Positions 56,942 to 64,000 of a stretch of DNA of 64,000 bases are shown here, piece by piece. A program made the translations under genes and the position numbers. This DNA comes from Octopus vulgaris. Its lineage: Eukaryota. The stretch spans positions 92,566,001 through 92,630,000 of the forward strand of contig OX597823.1 in the NCBI GenBank assembly GCA_951406725.2, given 5' to 3'. The notes beneath the pieces were generated by a model. That model saw only the letters and a program-made list of their open reading frames with translations. It did no database searches and was not told the DNA's origin. Each line of letters opens with the position of its first letter. Position 1 is the stretch's first letter.

Positions 56942-57039
56942 TCAGAAGGTAACAAATTTCCCTTTCGTCTCCGACCCTTGACTCTGAGTGGCATCTCTTC
57001 GAATCGCGTGTTTTCTCCTTTCCAACAGTCGTTCGAAAT
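56942..57039 (-). CDS. Candidate terminal coding exon, unidentified product
   Basis: Strong minus-strand acceptor tctttctttattgcag, then phase-1 FERLLERRKHAIRRDATQSQGSETKGKFVTF*. Confidence 0.45.
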
Positions 57040-57467
57040 CTGCAATAAAGAAAGATAGAATGATGGCGTCTTTGATGCGTGGTTGCATTTAAATAAATTA
57101 TGACAAAAAGGAGTCCAAGATATCTCAGTCTTTCGTTAATACACTTGTACTGATCATCAGATATCAGTAGAGACAGATGAAAGTATATATTCTTTTTATG
57201 CTTCCAACCTCAAAATTCTAAGTAAAACGTCGCCTATACACTAAGAGAAGTGGCAAATTTATATCAGATTCGAATTAATAAACACTTTTCAGGTGTAAAT
57301 TGTTCAATTTCTTGTGGAAATGGTGAAGGTGGAATTAGCAAAGAAATGTGCGAATGTAATTACGCCAGCATTATCGAAAATATACATTCTAAACTGAATC
57401 CTCCAGACACAACATACTTGTAACACTAAAGCATTACAGTATTTATCTTCCCATTCACAGAAACAAC

Positions 57468-58600
57468 TACACTGAACCGCAAAACAAACGCGAGACGGGT
57501 GTGACTGTGAAATGTTTTAATTTCATTATTTCAGAGACAAATTTTGATAAATCTGATGAAGTCAATTTATTAGTTGCACTTTGACCACACTCTACGGGTC
57601 GTTGTCATGTGTGCTGGTAGTGGGCGGATACAGCATATCGAGATTGTAGGGCGTGACGTGTTCAATATTGTGTATGCCCTTCATGGTTGTTCAAAACGGC
57701 CATACACCATCGGTACGTGGAATGCATGAAGCGGTTCACAAAAACGAATGGCACTTGTGCCCACATACTGAGGAAAGCTGCTTCCAGTTCCATACGTGTT
57801 GTCGGCCGTCTCTGGATTTCATCTCACAAGTGTTCAATTGGGTTCAAATCCGGACTGAGAGCTAGCCACGGCATAGTTCGTATGTTGTGCTGACGCAGGA
57901 AGTCCGTGGTTTCCCTGGCTGTGTGGGAAGTGACACTGTCCTGCTGGTGACGCACGAAGAAGGGCACAAAGTGAGGTCTTAGGATCTGGTCAACGTAGCC
58001 CTGCGCTGCTATGCCATTCCCTCTGCCTGCACCAACATATGGGGCCTAATACTCTGATTCAGGTTTATAGTACCCCAAACCATGATGCTTTGACCACCAC
58101 ACGCGTCTCTCCATGACACATGTTCTCTGTAGCGTATACACTCACACCCTCCTCCTGCCATCAGAGATGGAAACGCAGTACTGGCTCTCGTCAAAGAAGA
58201 CTATCGACTACTATTGCTGATGCGGCCAATGTTGCCTCTGTGTAGCCACCTAACAGTGCCGGGCGGTGAGGACAAGCCTCGAGCAGGACGACGACAACGC
58301 AGGTTGTTGACTCCCAGTCGAAGTCATTCTATATCGTCACCGATGGGTCGTTGTCCAGTGCCAATCCTGGCCGGTCTGAAGCGATCACGGAGGTGTTTCA
58401 GGTGGATGAAGCGCTCCTGCGTGGGCATGGTCACCTACGTGCACGGTCTGCAGTGCTAATTGGGTTGTTGTATCACTCTTGCCGGCGATATATGGTGCTG
58501 ACATGAACACTGTACGCTTTCCCAACAACCAGAGCACGCTGCCTTGTTTACAATCGGCCAATAACTTGGTCTCTTTGCGCAGCTGCCAATCGGGTCATAC
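57468..58600 (-). mobile_element. Decayed Tc1-like transposon
   Basis: End TAcactgaaccgcaaa. Homologous to 10510-11377 (GGQSIMVWG, SPDLNPIEHL motifs). Disrupted. Confidence 0.85.
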
Positions 58601-59325
58601 CTGATGCGTCCAAATTACGAATGAATTCTTTATTGTCCACAAGGGACTAAATATAGAGGGAACAATACAAATACAAACAGGACAATACAAACAAGAAACG
58701 CAAAAGTAGGGAAAAATCGAATGAAAAACAAATGAGAGAAAAATGAATGAAGGGGTGGAATGACTGCCACTCGAACCCCACACTCTGAGTGACCACATTG
58801 AACTCTTTTCCAGTCAATCACATTAATGAGGTTGTTTTTGTTTTTGTCATTTTAAAAAATATCTTGGAGACAATCCGTAGATTGCAAGGTTTCGATATCG
58901 GCTTCAATATTCGTATGGTACACACTTTTCTTGAACGTCTTCAGTCTACAAAATTGCACTCCGTTAACAATAACACTTTTTATATTTGAGGTATACTTCA
59001 TACAATCAGGAATATCAACTTAATCAATACCTTTTAAACTATTTCCTTCGTCAGCATTTTATTCAGTTCATTAAAACCTATAACACAACTCTTCTCACAG
59101 GGCGGGGTTTGGAGCATTTGGAGCTCCTGTATGACTGCTTGTGCGATTGGAGGGTCAGGGACGGGGTCAGCGACTGGTGGATCAGGTCAAGGAGTGGTGT
59201 CTGCGGGAGTACAGTGGAATAGAGTGGGAGAGGCAAAGGTTGGGCTAGGGTGTTGGTCTAGGGTGATGGTGAACTAACTAGATTTCATCATCGATTCCGA
59301 AACCACTTGTGGGTATGTATGCTTA

Positions 59326-59780
59326 CATATAAAATTAGTATACATTTAAACACAAAAAGAGGTCAGCCTTAACAGGTTGGCTTACATGTTAGAAGGAACA
59401 GTCAAAAGTCCAAACCACAGTTAAGAGCAATTTCGAAGGGAATGAAAAATAAAAACATTCCCCTTATTTTACACCCGGACCTTAGGTTTCTGACTTTAAT
59501 AGCAAATAAAATAATTTGCAAGGTGAAGTTCTCCATGTTTGCAAGGCGAAGTTCTCAACAGCGGGTACGCCAAACGTTAATATATAAATATATGTTAATG
59601 TTTGTTAATTAAATTTCGAAAACTAAGGTCCGGCTGTAAAACATGGTAAATGTTTTTATTTTTCATTCCCTTCGAAATTACTCTTAACCGTGGTTTGAAA
59701 TTTTGACTGTTCCTTCTAGCATGTAAGGCGACGTGTCAAGGCTCGCCACTTTGCGTTTAAATGCACACTAATTTTATATG
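59326..59780. mobile_element. Diverged fold-back with hammerhead 3' halves
   Basis: Arms at about 59326-59500 and 59608-59780 are inverted. Near the centre each carries GAAA(c/a)ctaagg TC cgg; no CUGANGA half is present. Confidence 0.65.
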
Positions 59781-60051
59781 AAAAATATGTCTATTTACTT
59801 TGAATACATGGTAGGCCACTGGTAGAAAAAGTTTCTATAATTATAAAATATTATTAATTAATAGCAGGAGAGGGATTTCGTCTTAGACTTTTAGAGTATT
59901 AGAGTGGTAGAAGTTGAACCAACAAATGTGAACTAAAACTGCGGATGACACCGACTAGCTTAAACTGTGCCGGTGCTGTACTCAACAACATTTAAACACA
60001 CTCATCAATTTATACTTATATGTCCAAGTTATTTATCATATCTATATATAT

Positions 60052-60479
60052 ATCAAAATAAGCAACAAGTATATCCGAGGTAGAGTAGTACAATTGTTTC
60101 ATGCTACTTCATTTTACTAAACACCGTAAGTATTACATCAGTTTTAATATGTAGAGCAATCTTCAGCCACTTATAGAATTTTCCACTTAAACGGACAACG
60201 CACATTCTTACCTTTATTTTATTTGCCAACATTATAGAGAGGATAGATATATAGACAGAGTGCCTGAAGATTGCTCGACATTTTAAAACTGATGTAATAC
60301 TTACAGTGTTTAATAAAATGAAGTAGCAGGAAACTATTGTACCACTCTACCTCGGATATACTTGTTGCTTATTTTGATTATAATCACCCCATTTGACTTA
60401 TATCGATAATATCATACAAAATTCTGGTGCCTTTGACTTAAGTAGTATATTCATCTGAATCTAAATTTTGCTGATCTTA
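60052..60479. mobile_element. Fold-back with a hammerhead in each arm, in (TA)n
   Basis: 60052-60171 is inverted relative to 60258-60378. Minus HHR 60082-60172 (aagtgg CTGAAGA ttgct..agcat GAAA caattg TA ctact) and plus HHR 60257-60348. The right arm has a tail of about 100 nt. Related to 36983-38484. Confidence 0.85.
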
Positions 60480-61298
60480 TATATATATATATATATAGTT
60501 AATCCAAACATGAAAACACAAAGAGAAAACACAACAACGCAAGAACGTGGAACAAGTATAGTATTATTGGACGCTCATGAAAGGAAAGAAAGAAGGAGGA
60601 TTTAACGTTTCGAGCGGAGCACTTCGTGAAAAACATAGAAAAAGGAAAGATCCAAAGGAGGGAAGACGGCGGGAAAAAATCGCCAACGATACACACGCGG
60701 TCACAGTATATATGTAGATATATATATACATATATATATATATACATACATATATATGTGTGTGTATGTGTGTATATATACACATAGATATATGTACATA
60801 CATATATACATACACACATACATACATGTATATTGAGTAAAAGGATATTGTCAGAATTCGGATAATAGCATTTATCGAAATACTGGCTACACCTTTTTAT
60901 TGATACACATAATCTGTGCACCTCTTCAAAAGTCTATACATACAAATATATATACGTGTGTGTGTATTAATCTCCATTAATACTTAAATGTGCGCGCACA
61001 CATCTAAATATATTCATAAAAAATGAGTGAATGAAACAGTGGTAACAGCGGAAAAATATACAAGAGTTAGTTGTTTGCTAATAGCCTAAGAGAAAAGAAT
61101 TCATGTTACCATCTTTGAAAACTTTACGTAATAAAATTATGTCATTACATGGAAGTTAAAATTTAGTCTACATTTTTTGTTTGTTCAATTTCCTTGACGT
61201 CACTTAACATATTGACAAAGATACAATATATATATTTGTGCGTGTGTGTGTGTGTGTCTGTCTGTCTGCGTGTTTGTATATATTTGGATATGTTTATA

Positions 61299-61372
<74 letters not shown>

Positions 61373-62009
61373 CATAAGCGCAAAAGATGTCTGTTTGCTT
61401 GCAAACCTCATGTACCTAGATTCATTAGCACTAACATGACATCTTGAATGTCTTCTTCTATAGACTTCTGCCAACCAAACCTTGTAAGGGGATTTCGTAG
61501 AAGGAAACTGAAAGAATCCCCCGTAGTAAATACATATGTGTGTCTGTCTTTGTGTTTGTGTATGTGTCTTTCTGTCTGTTTGTTTCCCAGCACCGCGTGA
61601 CAACAGTTGCATGTACACCTCCATAGCTTATAGGTTCTGCAAAAGAGGCAGTTACCAGACTCAGAAAGAAAATAATATTGTGGTCGGTAAGTTCGACTAA
61701 AACACTTCAAGTAATTGCCCCAGCATAGCCGTAGTCTAATAACTAAAGCAAGTAAAATGCAAAAGGATGTATATAAAGGATGTCCCAAAAGTGGGTTTAC
61801 AGTGTATTCAACTATCTCTTTTGCATTCATATATTAACTGTTTAGATCTCAATTATGTAAAAATTTGAAGCCATTATTCTATGCTAATTTACATAATAAA
61901 CAATATGATCGTAAGATAGAAGTTTAAATGTAGTAAAAGGATTTAAAAGAAACATAAAGTGCCTACGTGATAATTGTAAACCTACTTTTGGACCACACTG
62001 TATATATTT

Positions 62010-62515
62010 ATATATATAAAACTCTAGTTGTGTGAGTGTCTGTCCCCTTCGATTTAGATTCCTAACTCCTCCCACATTTTGCGGTGCAGTTTAACCAAAT
62101 TCGGGTATCTTATAGTCGTGATTCATATCGAGCCCGTCCTAGTATTAGCGCGCGTCAACGATGAGTCTACGATTTTAAAAATAATTTAACATCATTTTTT
62201 ATTCCATTTTAATGCATAATTTTTCGTGTGTCGATGGCGGCGGAGTTGGCGTCCACGCTCACAGCTGCAGCTGTTTGCTTCTCCCCTTCCCTCCCTCGTG
62301 AAGCTGTGGGGAAGGGAGTGTAAGGAAATCAACGTCGTAATGCGTTGTCAAGGAGACCAGCGTTCTTTTAGAACAACGACTTCATGGCTTGAAGACACCA
62401 AAACAGAAATGGCTAAGAAAGCCCGAATTGGCATCTATAAGGGAAGTAACTCTCTAAAAATGCTTATATAGTTATTTCCCTTACAAACCCAAGCAACGCC
62501 GGGCGATACTGCTAG
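62010..62515 (+). mobile_element. Non-autonomous Helitron
   Basis: 3' hairpin followed by CTAG|T at 62488-62516. Near-identical copy at 44473-44980. Confidence 0.85.
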
Positions 62516-62816
62516 TAACCTTATAAAAGTGTAGAAGAAAATTTAAATTTATAGAATCAAGAGCTATGCGCAGTAGTCCTCTAATTGTGACTCTGTGTGC
62601 ACGGAATGAGAGTCAATGGAAACGGCACGGATCGGAGTAAGGAAGAAGAGTAATCTCTCATTACAAAACTATGTTTTGTTCGTTTATGAAGGAAGAATAG
62701 TTATTGGAGTTTTAATGTCCCCATACCTCCAATAACCATCATTTACTGCTCTTTAGGACATACATTGAGCAGCCAGTAATGGTGGGGTTGTTTTAACCGC
62801 ACGTGGAGAAATGATT

Positions 62817-63363
62817 GGAGGGGAAAAATTATAATTAGACAGAATGCTAAATTGAAAGTAAATTTTAATAAAAATGGTTGTATGAAAAATTAAAAAAGAA
62901 AATAAATTCAAACCAGCTTTCATGGCAAGGAAAATTTCCAACATTTGGAAAGGGAATTTTATTTTAATTGAGGAAGGGAAAAAAAGAAATTCACAATGTT
63001 TTTTGAAAAAAATAATAATACATATATACAAAAATTAATAAATGTAGACACATTGTAGTGTCTTATGCTTTAAAAATTCAATATTAGTCCTTGGAAAAAC
63101 TCCTTTGGGGGATTAGGATGCATATACTATAATGTAGTGTTTAGTTTGAAAGAGTTGGGTGATTGTGTGACAAACAATCACCCAACTCTTATTTTGACAC
63201 ACAATCACCCAACAATTTTTTTTCCTTCCAAATCTTGAAAATTTGCCTTGCAATGAAAGGTGGTTTGATTTATTATTTTTTGTTTTTTAATTTTTCATAC
63301 ACACATTTTTATTAAAATTTACTTTCAATTTAGCATTCTGCTTTATTATAATTTTTCCTCTCC
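62817..63363. repeat. Long imperfect inverted repeat (MITE / fold-back-like)
   Basis: 62817-62956 is inverted relative to 63221-63363. Inner hairpin aagagttgggtgattgt/acaatcacccaactctt at 63150-63190. Confidence 0.7.
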
Positions 63364-63394
<31 letters not shown>

Positions 63395-63396
63395 CT

Positions 63397-63465
<69 letters not shown>

Positions 63466-63769
63466 TGTATGTATATACACATATACATATAGAAACAATG
63501 AGGATATTTAAAGCTCGTATAGGGATATTTTGAAGAGCTATTTCTTCAATGAATTTTCTTATATTAAATATCATAAAATATAAAATATCAATTGTTTTAT
63601 TTCACAAATAAAATTAAAATTATAAACATAGATAAATATATCATATAAGTTTATATATGATTTATAATATTTATTTTGTGTTTGAAATGAAACAATTGCA
63701 GGTGAATACGTTAATTAATGTATTAATATTTTATCCATCAGATCTCTCTGTTTTCTACCTCAATAATTA

Positions 63770-64000
63770 TAGTAGTGACTGTGTGGTATGTAGCTTGCTA
63801 ACCAACCACATAGTTCCGGGTTCAATCCTACTATCTGACATCTTAGGTTAGTGTCTCGTACTATAGCCTCAGGCCGACAAGGACCTTGTCAGTTGATTTG
63901 GTAGAAGGAAATTGAAAGAAGTCAGTCGTGTATATATATATGCGTGTGTGTGTGTGTATGTATGTCTGTATATTTGTGTTTGACTGTGTGTGAGTTTGTC
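63770..64000 (+). mobile_element. SINE family A, cut by window edge (other diverged copies at about 61405-61760 + and 53945-54097 -)
   Basis: gtgactgtgtggtatgtagcttgctaaccaaccacatagttccgggttcaatcc matches the family A head. Confidence 0.8.

Noticed and set aside
60600-60635. Minus-strand gctcGAAACGTTaaa hammerhead-like remnant
   Set aside because: The CUGANGA box is corrupted (tcacga). It may be a dead copy and is not reported as a ribozyme.

Overview
AT-rich, repeat-dense animal genomic DNA with no complete host gene. The SINE families and the abundance of microsatellites suggest an octopus/cephalopod genome (inference). It contains many tRNA-derived SINEs, decayed Tc1/mariner transposons, non-autonomous Helitrons, RTE, CR1/L2-like and Penelope-like reverse-transcriptase relics, and a few candidate host exons. 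Almost all ORFs in the track are microsatellite or repeat artefacts. The main signal is a set of non-coding elements of several families that carry type I hammerhead ribozyme (HHR) motifs. They sit in or next to (TA)n microsatellites, mostly as head-to-head fold-backs with both ribozyme-sense 3' ends pointing outwards. The youngest is a near-homogeneous 360-bp unit, present as a ~2.75-kb palindromic tandem array (5710-8458) and a second ~1.1-kb copy (35463-36558) with identical termini. Each unit has an HHR with a CCGAUGA core and a palindromic helix III. It also has a candidate second, minimal HHR on the opposite strand enclosing the first, giving a retrozyme- or viroid-like ambisense unit that is probably mobilised by Penelope-like machinery. 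All RNA folds were derived by eye and have not been computed or tested.
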